Virus record (IMG/VR): IMGVR_UViG_3300024353_000005
Span: 17,675 to 81,674 of that record
Length of the DNA stretch: 64,000 nt
Source: a virus
Strand: one strand, 5' to 3'
Shown: one piece after another, positions 51,717 through 64,000 of the stretch
How the letters are laid out: each line of letters starts with the position of its first letter
How positions within the stretch are numbered: the stretch's first letter is position 1
Position numbers and translations under genes: made by a program
The notes under the pieces: generated by a model
Told to the model about the DNA's origin: nothing
Database searches by the model: none
What the model saw: only the letters and a program-made list of their open reading frames with translations

Positions 51717-52718
51717 ATGTTAGACGATGCAATTAAAAAAGCTGTTGGAATAGGATTACAGAAAGCTGATGCTGAGGACTTGTTATCATCTGAAATCGGA
51801 AACTTCTTACCTACCGAGTATGCTACAGAGTTTGTAGCCTTGGTGAGGGAGAAGAATTATGCCCGTGAACTTTTCAGAACGATAACTATGCCTACAGCTA
51901 CTTTTGAGATTCCTAGAATCGATGCAGATGCTACGGTGTACTATGTCTCTGGTGAGGCTACTGCCCCTACTGCAAAATCAAGTCTTGATACTGCTTTTGC
52001 TGGTAAGGTTACTTTAGTGGCTAAGAAATTGATGGCGTATACTGATATTTCTACCGAAGTGGAAGAGGATTCTAAAGTTGCAATGCTTCCTCTTATAAAG
52101 GATGCTTTTGCAGAAGGAGTCGCTACTGCTGAAGAGAAAGCTATGATTCAGGGCGATCCAGCACTTAGTTGGAGCAATGCTCAAGATGTTAGAGAAGCTC
52201 TTGAAGGAGTTCTTAAATTGGGTGCTGCTAAAGTTGTGGCTTATGCTACTTCTTTGTTAGCTACTATTGAAGTTGCTAGAGTTGCGATGGGCAAGTATGG
52301 TCGTGGTGTTGATAAGCTGATACTTTTAGTTAGTCCTTACACTGCTTCTAAATTACGCCAAGAACAATCTGTTCTGACTGTTGAAAAATATGGTCCGAAC
52401 GCAACGATTCTTAAAGGTGAATTAGGGCAATATATGGGTATTAAACTCATAGAATCTCCCTATATCCCTGAAGAATTGACAGTTAGCGTAATGGAAGGCG
52501 GAGCACTTACAGGAGCTGATTTAGGTGTTGCTATTCTAATGAGAAAGGATGCGGTTATTATCGGTGACAGACGGAAAGTAAAGTTTGAATCTGATAAGAT
52601 TATCGAAGCAGATGCTCTTAGAGTGGTAATCTCTGAAAGAATTGATTTTAAACAGACCCTTGGAGTTGGGTCAATCGTGAGAATCAGTGGTTTGGAGAAT
52701 AGCTATGTGGCACCATAA
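51717..52718 (+). CDS. Major capsid protein (HK97 fold)
   Basis: FLPTEYA, AKKLMAYTDISTEVEEDS, EEKAMIQGD; follows the protease. Confidence 0.93.
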   Translation: MLDDAIKKAVGIGLQKADAEDLLSSEIGNFLPTEYATEFVALVREKNYARELFRTITMPTATFEIPRIDADATVYYVSGEATAPTAKSSLDTAFAGKVTLVAKKLMAYTDISTEVEEDSKVAMLPLIKDAFAEGVATAEEKAMIQGDPALSWSNAQDVREALEGVLKLGAAKVVAYATSLLATIEVARVAMGKYGRGVDKLILLVSPYTASKLRQEQSVLTVEKYGPNATILKGELGQYMGIKLIESPYIPEELTVSVMEGGALTGADLGVAILMRKDAVIIGDRRKVKFESDKIIEADALRVVISERIDFKQTLGVGSIVRISGLENSYVAP

Positions 52719-52732
52719 TAGGTGATAATTAA

Positions 52733-52775
52733 TCTGGTGGGTTTGGGGCTTATGTAGCCCCAGACCTACTGGTTC
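52733..52775 (+). terminator. Hairpin after the capsid gene
   Basis: GGTGGGTTTGGGGCT..AGCCCCAGACCTACT. Confidence 0.65.
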
Positions 52776-52797
52776 TGAAAATTCTGGAGACAAAATA

Positions 52798-53100
52798 ATG
52801 AGATATGAAGCCACAATCAAAAGCATAAAGAATATAAATACCTTTGATGCTGAAATCTCATTAGGATTTGGAGTTAGAGTTAGGTCAACCCTTAGACTGA
52901 AAGATATCTCATCTCTTAAGGATAAGAATAGCAAGTTTTATGGAGCGATTGAATACCTTAACGCTACTTTAGTAAATAAAAAGGTTTTGATTGATATTAA
53001 GTTAGCAAAAGAATATTCACTTGCAATAGTTTATTTTGACAGCAGAAACATAAATCAAGAACTCATAGATAAAGGGTTGGCGAAAGTTTTTAAGAAATAA
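52798..53100 (+). CDS. Thermonuclease (SNase)-like protein, probably degenerate
   Basis: DAEISLGF..LRLKDI..INQELIDKGLA; canonical DGDT replaced by NINT. Confidence 0.6.
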   Translation: MRYEATIKSIKNINTFDAEISLGFGVRVRSTLRLKDISSLKDKNSKFYGAIEYLNATLVNKKVLIDIKLAKEYSLAIVYFDSRNINQELIDKGLAKVFKK

Positions 53101-53108
53101 GGAATAAA

Positions 53109-53297
53109 ATGGCAAAACAGAATCATACAAATATATTGGTTGAACTAAGTAACAAAGTAGGACAGCTTGAGCAGGGGATGAAGGAGTTAAGAATTCATTT
53201 TACAAATCACCTTAGCGACCATAAACTTGATAGAATATTTATGTTAGTACAGACATTAATAGTGGTGGGGCTTTTCTGCTTTCTGAAGTGGCATTAA
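53109..53297 (+). CDS. Small coiled-coil protein with C-terminal TM helix (holin/XhlA-like)
   Basis: HFTNHL followed by a hydrophobic C-terminus. Confidence 0.45.
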   Translation: MAKQNHTNILVELSNKVGQLEQGMKELRIHFTNHLSDHKLDRIFMLVQTLIVVGLFCFLKWH

Positions 53298-53393
53298 AAT
53301 TTTTAGTTCAAAGTAGCAAGAACTTTTTTCCGACGAGAAAAATAAAAAATAAAATTGCTGAGTAACAAAAATTAAAAACAAAGGAGTAAAACG

Positions 53394-53843
53394 ATGGCTC
53401 GATTATACGCTTCGGTCAAGGATGGAAATCAAGTAAAATTTATCCCTCTTGCAGCAACAATAGATGCCGATGGACTTGGTGTTTTAAAAGTTGATACTGA
53501 ATTATCTGTAGATTCTTTATCTCTTAATATAGATAATTTAAAAATTGCTTCTACCGATGGAACTGTGGGCAATGCTAAATATCTTAAGGTAGATGCAGAT
53601 GGAACAATTTATGCAAATGTAACTTTTCCAGATATTTTAGATGTTGATGAAAATCCGTTGAAAAAAGCCAATATTACAGCCGAATACACTTATGTAGTTG
53701 CTGGAAACGGAGTTGGCAAGGTTGAGACTATTAAGGAATATGCAACAGGAGCAGGTGCTGGAGATCCAGCGAAATTATCTGTGTACTCCTACAATGCCCA
53801 AGATAAAGTATCATTGATTGTCGTCAGTGACACAACTGTTTAA
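53394..53843 (+). CDS. Putative virion protein
   Basis: Strong RBS, beta-rich, late module. Confidence 0.55.
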   Translation: MARLYASVKDGNQVKFIPLAATIDADGLGVLKVDTELSVDSLSLNIDNLKIASTDGTVGNAKYLKVDADGTIYANVTFPDILDVDENPLKKANITAEYTYVVAGNGVGKVETIKEYATGAGAGDPAKLSVYSYNAQDKVSLIVVSDTTV

Positions 53844-53851
53844 GGAAATAA

Positions 53852-54601
53852 ATGAGTGCAAAAAAAAGATACTATTGTATAGATTGTGGTAAAGAAATCA
53901 GTATTTTTTCTGGGTTTTATGGTCAAGGAAGATGTGGTTCTTGTGCTATGAAAAGAAGATTTAAGAATCCAGAGAATCATCCGAGGTTTGGGAAGCACAA
54001 CACAGCAGAATCTAAAAAGAAAGTAAGTTGCTTGTTAAAAGGAATAAAACGGTCTAGGGAAACAAAGGCAAAGATAAGTAAAGCAAATAGTGGCAAAAAG
54101 CCAAGTTTAGAAGCTCGAAAGAAAATGAGCAAAGCCCATAAAGGTCAAAAATCTTGGAACGAAGGGAAGTTGGGTGTTTATTCTGCTAAAACTTTAAAAT
54201 TAATGTCAAAGAGACAATTGGAAAATCCTATCAGATATTGGCTTGGTAAGAAGCGACCTTCCATAACAGGCAAGAAGAATTATCATTTTGGAAAACCTCT
54301 CAGACCTCATTGGGGTATGTATAAAGGAATAAATATGAGAAGTAACTGGGAAATATGGTTTGCCCAATTTTTAGATCTGAGTGGGTGTAAATGGAGATAT
54401 GAATCTAAAACTTTTGATTTGGGTAAAACTACATACACACCCGATTTTTATATTCCAGAGTGGAATCAGTTTATTGAAATAAAGGGATATTTTTCTCAAA
54501 AAGCTATAGATAAAATAGATTTATTTAAAGAACAATACCCTAAAGAGAATTTAAGAATTTTTAAGAGAGAAGATTTGAAAAAAATTGGTGTAATCGTATA
54601 A
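53852..54601 (+). mobile_element. Free-standing NUMOD3 + PD-(D/E)xK homing endonuclease
   Basis: SRETKAKISKA and SLEARKKMSKAHKG; RSNWE..YTPDFYI..FIEIKG. Confidence 0.85.
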
Positions 54602-54668
54602 CTAATATAAGGGGAAGTCAGTTTAGCCTCTATCTCTTATTATAATAAAAAATTAGGAGGCAATAATA

Positions 54669-55358
54669 ATGGACAGATTTAAACCAACTAAATATGACAA
54701 AATTCAGGATGATGAAACAGCTAAAGCAGTAGAACAGACACATATCCAGAACACAGATATCAAATTAGATGAGGGCGGAGCTAGTGAAGTAGCAGTCGCA
54801 GACATTAAAGACGCTGTAGATAAGAAACACATTCAAAATACCGACCAAAAATTGGACGAAGGTGGAGCTAATGAAGTCGCTGTGGCAGATGTTAGCGATG
54901 CAGTTACTCATAAAGATTTAACCGATAATCCTCATACAGTTACTTCTGCTCAAGTAGGAGCATATACTCAAGCTGAAGTAAATACTTTAGTTAATGGTGC
55001 TAAATGTATAGAGATTACTTTGAGTGGTAACGCTAATAATTATTTACTCGCCAAAAATACTACTTATGCAGTTCTTACCAGATTTATTTTTAAAGGAACT
55101 ACTAAATTAGGTAGCCCTACTAATATCAAAGCAATAGTACATGTTAAAACCGCAGCAAAACCTGGAGATGTTAGAATATATGATTTAACTAATGCTAATG
55201 TTATTTGCGAAGTAACAGGAATAAGTAGTTTAGTACCTATTTTAGTAGATTTAGGAACACTATCAAACTTACCTTCTGGAGAAGCTATGTTTGAAGTTCA
55301 AGCAAAAGACCCTTTAGCAGATGAAGTATATGTTTCAGGGCTAATATTGGAATTTTAA
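54669..55358 (+). CDS. Virion/fibre protein with HIQNTD repeats
   Basis: Two HIQNTDxKLDEGGAxEVAVAD repeats; NPHTVT..QVGA. Confidence 0.65.
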   Translation: MDRFKPTKYDKIQDDETAKAVEQTHIQNTDIKLDEGGASEVAVADIKDAVDKKHIQNTDQKLDEGGANEVAVADVSDAVTHKDLTDNPHTVTSAQVGAYTQAEVNTLVNGAKCIEITLSGNANNYLLAKNTTYAVLTRFIFKGTTKLGSPTNIKAIVHVKTAAKPGDVRIYDLTNANVICEVTGISSLVPILVDLGTLSNLPSGEAMFEVQAKDPLADEVYVSGLILEF

Positions 55359-55372
55359 AAGGAGAATAAATC

Positions 55373-56482
55373 ATGTATAAAGTTAGATTTTATTGTATAG
55401 ATGGTGCTCATTATGAGTATTTAGAACAGGAAACTATTGATGAGAATGTAACTTGCTCTACTCATCCTGAGTCTGAGATCAAGGATTTTGTAATCATAGA
55501 GGATGTAAATGATTTAACAGATGCGATTGATAAAAAGCACATTCAAAATACTGATACAGCATTAAGAACTGATAAATTTATAGTAGACGCAGATGGAAGA
55601 GTGCATATAGATACCTCTTTACCAGAAGCACTTAGAATAGGAAATGGTGCGACTGGTGTAGATTATAAAATTAAATTTTCTGGCAATAATGGCGATGGAG
55701 AAATTATTTGGCAGGAAACCAAAGACAAGTTTAAATTTGATTGTGGGCTTGATGTAACAGGTTGTGGATTTATAGATTCAATAAATGAATACACACTTGA
55801 TGCAGGAGTAATAGTTGAAGGTGTAGTAATTAAAGATGGTGAAATAGATACAGACCTTATAGCTAAAAAACACGACCACGATAATAAAACCGAACTCGAT
55901 TTAGTAACAGATGGCGACCACGATACTCGTACTGACAATCCTCATGGAGTTACTGGCATAACTGGCAAGACAGGTCCTACTGGACCAACAGGAGTAGGAA
56001 TAACAGGTCCTACTGGTCCACAAGGAACTACTGGTCAGACTGGTTTACAAGGTAGTGTAGGGACTACTGGACCCACAGGTCCGCAAGGTATTCGAGGTGT
56101 TACTGGACCAACTGGGCCTATAGTAGCCACTACCTATGCAGAAGACGAAACAGTATCAGGTACTACAGATATCGCTTGGCAACAAAAATTTAGAATGAAT
56201 TTTACACCTCCCTCTACTGGAAATTATTTATTAGAGTGGTCACTAGAAATTACCAACAGTAAAGCTGGTTCAAGCACTTATGTTCAGATTGAATTAGATG
56301 ATATAACTAAAATCAATCATATAATTAAAGAACCTGCTATAGTGGGTATATATACAAATTGTTCTGGATTTAAAAAATTAAACTTTGTTGATACTAATTT
56401 ACACACAATAGATGTAGATTTTAAAGCTGAGGCGGATACTGCATCAATTCGTAGAGTTAGATTATTTATTAGAAAAATATAA
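55373..56482 (+). CDS. Fibre protein with short collagen-like segment
   Basis: DKKHIQNTD; Gly-X-Thr repeats. Confidence 0.7.
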   Translation: MYKVRFYCIDGAHYEYLEQETIDENVTCSTHPESEIKDFVIIEDVNDLTDAIDKKHIQNTDTALRTDKFIVDADGRVHIDTSLPEALRIGNGATGVDYKIKFSGNNGDGEIIWQETKDKFKFDCGLDVTGCGFIDSINEYTLDAGVIVEGVVIKDGEIDTDLIAKKHDHDNKTELDLVTDGDHDTRTDNPHGVTGITGKTGPTGPTGVGITGPTGPQGTTGQTGLQGSVGTTGPTGPQGIRGVTGPTGPIVATTYAEDETVSGTTDIAWQQKFRMNFTPPSTGNYLLEWSLEITNSKAGSSTYVQIELDDITKINHIIKEPAIVGIYTNCSGFKKLNFVDTNLHTIDVDFKAEADTASIRRVRLFIRKI

Positions 56483-56496
56483 TCGGAGGTAAATAA

Positions 56497-57180
56497 ATGT
56501 TATATGAATATGTAAGAGCGATATGTCCGCATATACCATACATACATGAGGAAGTATCTTCTTCTGTGATGACAGATAAAAGTATAGAATGGTGTAGGTG
56601 GGATGATTTGGATGATAGTTTGAAGGTAAATTTTACAAATATATTGTCGGGTGATGACAAAACTATTTTAGATGGTATAGTAGCAACTTGTCCAGAGTAT
56701 TCAGATGAAGTTTCTGAGACCTGTCTCTGTCTGAGAATTTCAGATTTTATCGAAAGTCTAGATGGGGTGAATAATAATATAGATGTTGATAAACTTATTA
56801 ATGTTGAAAATAGTAAAATTGGTAAAAAGGTAACTGGTAATGCAGATAATCAGGATTGTGATTTTGATGCTTTATTGCTACTTCCAAGTAACTTGACTGG
56901 TTTTGCTACAAATGCTATTGAACTTGATATCAGAGCCTCAGATATTACTGGAAATAATAATATGACTATGAGAGTTTATGGGACAAATAATGTTGAAGTT
57001 GGAAGTGGTTTTGATATGACACCAACATCTGCAAACACTTGGCAAACTAAAGTAATAACTGCTTCTCAACTATTAGCAGGAACTTTTACAGCAGGGCAAA
57101 TGTTTAGAATTAGAATTCATATCATAGTAGATAATGCTGATATGATTGATATAAGTGATGGAAAGGTGAAATTTAGTTAA
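56497..57180 (+). CDS. Putative virion protein
   Basis: ORF with GGAGG RBS in the late module. Confidence 0.6.
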   Translation: MLYEYVRAICPHIPYIHEEVSSSVMTDKSIEWCRWDDLDDSLKVNFTNILSGDDKTILDGIVATCPEYSDEVSETCLCLRISDFIESLDGVNNNIDVDKLINVENSKIGKKVTGNADNQDCDFDALLLLPSNLTGFATNAIELDIRASDITGNNNMTMRVYGTNNVEVGSGFDMTPTSANTWQTKVITASQLLAGTFTAGQMFRIRIHIIVDNADMIDISDGKVKFS

Positions 57181-57182
57181 TT

Positions 57183-58340
57183 ATGCCAGTTACTCTTGGA
57201 ACAAGCACAAATGTTAATGCAACAACATATCCGTTTCAGCGGAAATGCTTCTATACTCAGGGAAAGTTTTGGGTATTTTACTCTGATGGCACGAATTTAG
57301 TTTATTGCACTTCAGCAAATGGAACAACTTGGAACAGTCCTACAACTGTCAGAGCAGGTTTTTATGGGCATTTCTTTTCAATATGGTTTGATGGAACTTA
57401 TGTTCATTATGTTCACTCCCAGACCTCTGTTATTCATTACCGCAGAGGAACTCCAAATGCAGATGGAACAATAACTTGGAGTGCTTCTGAACAGACAGTT
57501 TCTACGGACTCGGATAGTGCCTATGTTCCGCATCTCTCTGTAGATACAAATGGATATGCTTGGATAGGGTACCTTGATTCTGGCTTAAAGGACCAACCTT
57601 GGGTTATTAAGTCTGGAAACAATGATGGAACTTGGGGAACAACACCAGCGGGATTTCCATATAAACTTAATAGTACAGATAATCCATCTTGGAAAGTGTC
57701 TATAGTACCTTTGACTGCTGGCAAGATGCTTGCTGTTTTTAGTTATGATGGAGAAACAGTTCATGCTGAGAGTTGGGATGGTGCAGCATGGAGAGCAGAA
57801 GTAGAAACAACTATAGAGAGTACATACGCTTTTCGCCACTCGGTGTGTGTTCAAGGAGATGATGTGCATGGTGTCTTTTTAGAACACATTTCACATAATA
57901 TATTTTATGCAAGATACGACTATTTGTCTAACGCATGGGTTGGGGAAACAAATGTCCAACCAGCAGCAACAGATGCGTCACCTGCTTTGTGTATTGAACA
58001 AGCCACAAATGATTTGTACTGTTTTTGGATTGACCCACCAGCAAACAATATCTATTATAAGAAGCGTGTTAGTGGAGCATGGGATGCTTCCCCAACAAAT
58101 TGGGTTACTGACCTGACTCTGACAGGCAGCGATAAAATTACTTGTTTCCGTAAAGATTATGGTGGTCATATTGGAGTAGTTTGGATGATTGGGACTGGGA
58201 GTCCTTATGATATAAGATTTGCTATGGATCCCTGGATATCACCCGAAGCAGCAATGGATTTAAGAATAACCATTAAAGATGGAATAGTAACTAAATTAGT
58301 GGATGATGGAGTTTTGACAAAATTGATGGAAGGAAGTTAA
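57183..58340 (+). CDS. Trp-rich beta-propeller (BNR/sialidase-like) virion protein
   Basis: TSANGTTW and similar repeats. Confidence 0.6.
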   Translation: MPVTLGTSTNVNATTYPFQRKCFYTQGKFWVFYSDGTNLVYCTSANGTTWNSPTTVRAGFYGHFFSIWFDGTYVHYVHSQTSVIHYRRGTPNADGTITWSASEQTVSTDSDSAYVPHLSVDTNGYAWIGYLDSGLKDQPWVIKSGNNDGTWGTTPAGFPYKLNSTDNPSWKVSIVPLTAGKMLAVFSYDGETVHAESWDGAAWRAEVETTIESTYAFRHSVCVQGDDVHGVFLEHISHNIFYARYDYLSNAWVGETNVQPAATDASPALCIEQATNDLYCFWIDPPANNIYYKKRVSGAWDASPTNWVTDLTLTGSDKITCFRKDYGGHIGVVWMIGTGSPYDIRFAMDPWISPEAAMDLRITIKDGIVTKLVDDGVLTKLMEGS

Positions 58341-58527
58341 AAATTTATAATTCATTTATGTATAACAAGCAGGTTTACAATATTTTTCTTATTGTAGTAA
58401 AAAGATATATAGCTATTGCTGTTAGATTTGTAAAAGGATTAATTGACACAATGTTTTATAAAAAGCACGATATTGATGTAAAATTTAGCAAGGCAGATAT
58501 AGAAGTTAAATTTGAAGGGACTAGATA

Positions 58528-58857
58528 ATGATAGAGCTTATCCAAAATGACACTAAACCTATTTTGCGTTTTACTTGCAGAGAAAATGGTTGTGGCGAAA
58601 TTGGAGATGTCATTAATTTAACAAGTTGCACTGTCAAATTTATTTTCAGAAAAGCCTTTGGTGTTGATACATATAAATTTAAACGATTATGTGATATTAC
58701 AGATGCAATAAATGGAGTCTGCGAATACAGCTGGGAAGCGACTGATTTGAATACTATTGGTAATTTTCTTGGGGAGATAGAGATTACTTTTCCTGATGGT
58801 AAAATCCAGAGCAATTATAATACAATAAATTTTAAAATAAAGAAAGAGTTAGGCTGA
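58528..58857 (+). CDS. BppU N-terminal-like domain protein
   Basis: QNDTKP..INLT..GVCEYSW..GEIEITFPDG. Confidence 0.75.
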   Translation: MIELIQNDTKPILRFTCRENGCGEIGDVINLTSCTVKFIFRKAFGVDTYKFKRLCDITDAINGVCEYSWEATDLNTIGNFLGEIEITFPDGKIQSNYNTINFKIKKELG

Positions 58858-59312
58858 TGGGCGAGGCTGTTCCTAAATATCCTGATAACATCGATAATAA
58901 TTCTTCTCTAATAGAAGCCAAAGATAATAAATTTACAACATTAATTACAAGTGTTGATGCAGTTGCTACTATTTTTGAAGTTGATAGCACTGATGGTTTT
59001 CCAGATACTGGTTATATTAGTATAAATGGGGAAATTGTTCGCTATCTGGAAAAGGATGCTGCACACTTTGGTACAGTTGCTAATCTATTAGAGAGAGGTA
59101 TGCAAGAAACTGCGGCATCACCTCACGAAGCTGGGGATAGAGTTTATCTTAATGTATTGGCTATCCATCATAATGTTTTAAAGGATGCAGTAATAAAAGT
59201 TGAAGAAGAACTTGGGACTAATCCAAAAGGTTCATTTACGAATGTAAAAGAGAGAATTGATAAATTGCTCAAATATGACCCAGATTACAGGGCGTTTAAT
59301 GTTGAGCAATAG
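58857..59312 (+). CDS. Virion structural protein
   Basis: GFPDTGYI..GEIVRY..RG..TAA..H..GD..V; DAVIKVEEELG. Confidence 0.65.
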   Translation: MGEAVPKYPDNIDNNSSLIEAKDNKFTTLITSVDAVATIFEVDSTDGFPDTGYISINGEIVRYLEKDAAHFGTVANLLERGMQETAASPHEAGDRVYLNVLAIHHNVLKDAVIKVEEELGTNPKGSFTNVKERIDKLLKYDPDYRAFNVEQ

Positions 59313-59320
59313 GAAATATA

Positions 59321-60205
59321 ATGCCAACTGGAATTTATAAAAGAAAATATGATTTTGTAACTAAAGAATTTTTAATTAGAGAGTATGTTAAAAATAGAAA
59401 ATCTAGATCGCAGATAGGAAGGGAATTGGGTTGCAGTAAGCATGTTATAAGAAACAAATTGGTGAAATTTAATATTTTAATGAGAACTTTAAGCGAAGCA
59501 TTGAAAGGCATAAAAAAGAAACCATTTACTAAGGCACACAGAGAAAATATAGCTAAAGCATTTAGGGGTAGAAAAAGAAAACCTTTTACAGAAGTAACCA
59601 GAAGAAAAATGAGTCAAAGAATGACAGAAATATTAAAAGAATTTCCTCGAACTGGTAAAAAAGCAGGCAATTATATTGATAATAGGACTAAAACTAAGCA
59701 TTATTGTATAGAAACTAATTGCAATAATAAGATAAGTCTTAGTAATTGGTACACTGGAAGTAAAAGATGCAACTCTTGTTCTCATCGTTTAGCTGGATTA
59801 AGGTGTTGGAAAGATCCAATTTATCGAGAAAAACAAATAAAAGCTAGCTTTAAAGGATTAGATGTAAAGCCAAATAAATCTGAAAAACAGTTGAATAGAT
59901 TGCTCCAAGAATCATTGCCCAAGGAATATAAATTTGTTGGTGATGGTCAAATATTTATTAATGGTTTCGTTCCAGATTTTATAAACATCAATGGGCAGAA
60001 AAAACTCATTGAATTTTTTGGGAGTTTTTGGCACTCAAAGAAATGGATAGGTAGAACTAAAAAGCAGGAAGAACAGAGAAGAATTAAACACTTTGCTAAA
60101 TACGGTTATCAAACTTTAATAGTATGGGAACATGAATTAAATGATTTAGATAAGATAAGAGAAAAAGTGCTTATCTTTAACAAAAGGGAGGTAAGCTGTG
60201 GATAA
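59321..60205 (+). mobile_element. Free-standing homing endonuclease, paralogue of 24684-25397
   Basis: KPNKSEK..EYKFVGDG..PDFININGQKKLIEFFGSFWH..WEHEL. Confidence 0.82.
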
Positions 60206-60410
60206 GACGAGAGCAAAGATAGAGAAAGTTGGTGTTTGTTGGAAAAGACTTTTTAAGAATAAAAAATCAGGACTTAAATTGTCAATTCGAAAAGAGATAC
60301 TTGTAGCTTTTGAAAATTCTCGTAAGAAGAAAGATACGGATCCCGATTATGTGATTTGCAAATTTATCGATGAACCAGACGAGAAAAAGGTAGAAGCGAA
60401 AAAGGAATAA
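60198..60410 (+). CDS. Hypothetical small protein
   Basis: VGVCW..FENSRKK..PDY; GGAGG RBS. Confidence 0.6.
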   Translation: MDKTRAKIEKVGVCWKRLFKNKKSGLKLSIRKEILVAFENSRKKKDTDPDYVICKFIDEPDEKKVEAKKE

Positions 60411-60470
60411 CTATGAAAAATTTTATTAATATAGTAACAAAAAATCAATTGAGCAGGAGGTGAAAATATT

Positions 60471-61325
60471 ATGGCAACTAATTATAGGGTAAATGTAAGA
60501 GATATATTCTCGTTTCAGGAAACTGTAAAAGATAAAGACCTAACCACATCTCCCATAGCAGTTAAGGGTGATCGTTATATTATCGCTGGCACTGGTGGGC
60601 AGTGGTCAGCTTTTGCGGTTAATGATATAGTTTATTGTTCTACTGCAGGCGATGCTGGAACAGCAGTTTGGCAGAAAATAACGCCAACAGAAGGCTATAT
60701 ATGTTGGGTAGATGATGAGAACGAGTATTACAAATTTGATGGAGCCAACTGGTCAGAATATTTAGGGCAAACTGGTCCGACAGGTCCACAGGGAACTCAA
60801 GGCCCTACAGGTTTACAGGGTGTACAGGGTGAAACTGGCCCACAAGGTCCTCAAGGTGTAACTGGTCCTCAAGGAGTGCAGGGTATAACTGGTTCGCAGG
60901 GAGTTCAAGGAACTACAGGTCCTACTGGTCTTCAAGGAACTCAGGGTAAGACGGGTCCGACTGGACTTCAAGGTGTCCAAGGTACAACTGGAGCTACAGG
61001 TGCAACAGGTTTACAGGGAGTTCAAGGTACCACTGGCCCTACTGGATTACAAGGTTCACAGGGTGAAACAGGACCAACTGGTTTACAAGGTAAAACTGGA
61101 CTCACAGGTCCTCAAGGAGTTCAAGGTATTACAGGACCCACTGGTCCGCAGGGAACTCAAGGTACTCAGGGAGAAACTGGAGCAACTGGACCTCAGGGAA
61201 AAACTGGACCAACAGGTCTCCAAGGTGTACAAGGTGAGACAGGTGTTACAGGTCCGCAAGGTCCCTCAGGCCCCGATGCTACTTATGATGCAGACTACAA
61301 ATGCCTCATAATTTCAGCTAGTTAA
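60471..61325 (+). CDS. DUF2793-like domain + collagen-like fibre
   Basis: [23 protein letters not shown]; long G-X-T/G-X-Q repeat. Confidence 0.8.
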   Translation: MATNYRVNVRDIFSFQETVKDKDLTTSPIAVKGDRYIIAGTGGQWSAFAVNDIVYCSTAGDAGTAVWQKITPTEGYICWVDDENEYYKFDGANWSEYLGQTGPTGPQGTQGPTGLQGVQGETGPQGPQGVTGPQGVQGITGSQGVQGTTGPTGLQGTQGKTGPTGLQGVQGTTGATGATGLQGVQGTTGPTGLQGSQGETGPTGLQGKTGLTGPQGVQGITGPTGPQGTQGTQGETGATGPQGKTGPTGLQGVQGETGVTGPQGPSGPDATYDADYKCLIISAS

Positions 61326-61331
61326 TATATT

Positions 61332-61357
61332 GAGAGGGGAGAAAATGCTTCCCTCTC
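61332..61357 (+). terminator. Hairpin between fibre genes
   Basis: GAGAGGGGAG..CTTCCCTCTC. Confidence 0.5.
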
Positions 61358-61397
61358 TTCCAACCAGTAAAACTGGTAAAAATATAAGGGTATAGAA

Positions 61398-62996
<1,599 letters not shown>

Positions 62997-63005
62997 GGTA
63001 AAATA

Positions 63006-64000
63006 ATGTGTGCTAAAATTTTATATACAGATTTATTTGAATATGCAAATGATGCAGCAGCCCAAGCTGCTTGGGTTACAGATGCTGCTGGTTTGGAAAT
63101 AGATTATATGGAATATGCTACCGATGGAGCAGCTCAGGCTGCTTATGTAAGTAGTGATACAGATGTTGGTTATGGGCTTAATGTTCTCACTGGTGGGACA
63201 GCAAGTGCCGAAAGTTCACATGCCTCTTTTCCTCCCGCTAATGCTTTTGATGAAAATACTGCAACTGATTGGGTTACCGCAGATAGCGTGCTAACCTCGT
63301 GGCTTAAATACGACCTCGGTGTGGGTCAGTCCCATACACTTGCGAAATATGTAATTACATTTAGAAACCATCCCGACACTTCACAATCTCCGAGAGACTG
63401 GACATTTCAAGGTTCAAACAACGATTCTGATTGGGATACTTTAGATACGCAAGTTGACCAGACTTTTACACAAGCTGAAGAAAAATCTTATACTTTTGCT
63501 AATTCAACAGCTTATAGATATTATCGGTTAGACATAACAGAAAATAATGGAAGCGTCAGCTATTTAGGTCTTGCTGAATTAGAAGGAATGGAAATAGGCA
63601 CAGTGCAAAACCTCCAATGTTATTCCGAAGACACCATAAAAGAGCAAGGTGATTATTCTCTAAAAGCAATAGCAGTACAAACAGATTCTTTGAATGATAC
63701 TTTAACAAAATCAGGATTATCAATAGACTTAACCGATATAGACGAATTAAAACTAGATGTGTATGCCTCTCGAACAGGGACTAATTTACAATTACAAATA
63801 CATGACTCTGGTGGAACTACTTCCACTAAAGACATAGTAATATCTCAAGTTGATACTTGGACTGAAATTACTTGGGATATAAGTGGAATAGCTAATGCAG
63901 ACAAAGACAATATAGACCAAATAATTATAAAAATAATAAATGCCGATAGTGCAAATACTTTTTATGTAGATAATTTTAGAGTGGAAGTGGATTTACAATG
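63006..64000 (+). CDS. Discoidin (F5/8 type C) domain virion protein; runs off the window edge
   Basis: Manual translation: MCAKILYTDLFEYANDAAAQAAW..NAFD..WLKYDLG..PRDWTFQGSN..W..AYRYYRL. Confidence 0.8.
   Translation, partial: MCAKILYTDLFEYANDAAAQAAWVTDAAGLEIDYMEYATDGAAQAAYVSSDTDVGYGLNVLTGGTASAESSHASFPPANAFDENTATDWVTADSVLTSWLKYDLGVGQSHTLAKYVITFRNHPDTSQSPRDWTFQGSNNDSDWDTLDTQVDQTFTQAEEKSYTFANSTAYRYYRLDITENNGSVSYLGLAELEGMEIGTVQNLQCYSEDTIKEQGDYSLKAIAVQTDSLNDTLTKSGLSIDLTDIDELKLDVYASRTGTNLQLQIHDSGGTTSTKDIVISQVDTWTEITWDISGIANADKDNIDQIIIKIINADSANTFYVDNFRVEVDLQ

Overview
64 kb of a large, AT-rich tailed-phage (Caudoviricetes) genome in two divergent halves. Bases 1-~42,600 are all minus strand. The region ~27.6-42.6 kb holds early/host-takeover small ORFs driven by near-consensus sigma70 promoters. 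The region 1-27.1 kb holds replication, modification and proteostasis genes: primase-helicase, UDG-fused family A polymerase, ERCC4 nuclease, methyltransferases, ClpP, HslV-like, peptide deformylase, trypsin-like protease, MgtC, UDP-sugar dehydrogenase and a giant glycosyl/methyltransferase. After a ~1 kb non-coding gap, 43,620-64,000 is plus strand: portal, prohead protease/scaffold, HK97 capsid and collagen/lectin fibre genes. The main find is an apparently self-contained c-di-GMP circuit. An intact-looking REC-GGDEF-HD-GYP gene is followed directly by a consensus promoter and two tandem c-di-GMP-I (GEMM) riboswitches, each overlapping its own terminator (predicted ON switches). They sit at the head of the gene run containing a sigma-region-4 protein and the replication genes. 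Other notable items are a 1164-aa NTase-ligase-double LigD-phosphoesterase protein plus an AAA+ ATPase inside the head module, a homologue of the PVC-superphylum signature protein (host clue), and a miniaturised ComM lacking its ATPase motifs. All calls come from reading motifs by eye; no searches were run.
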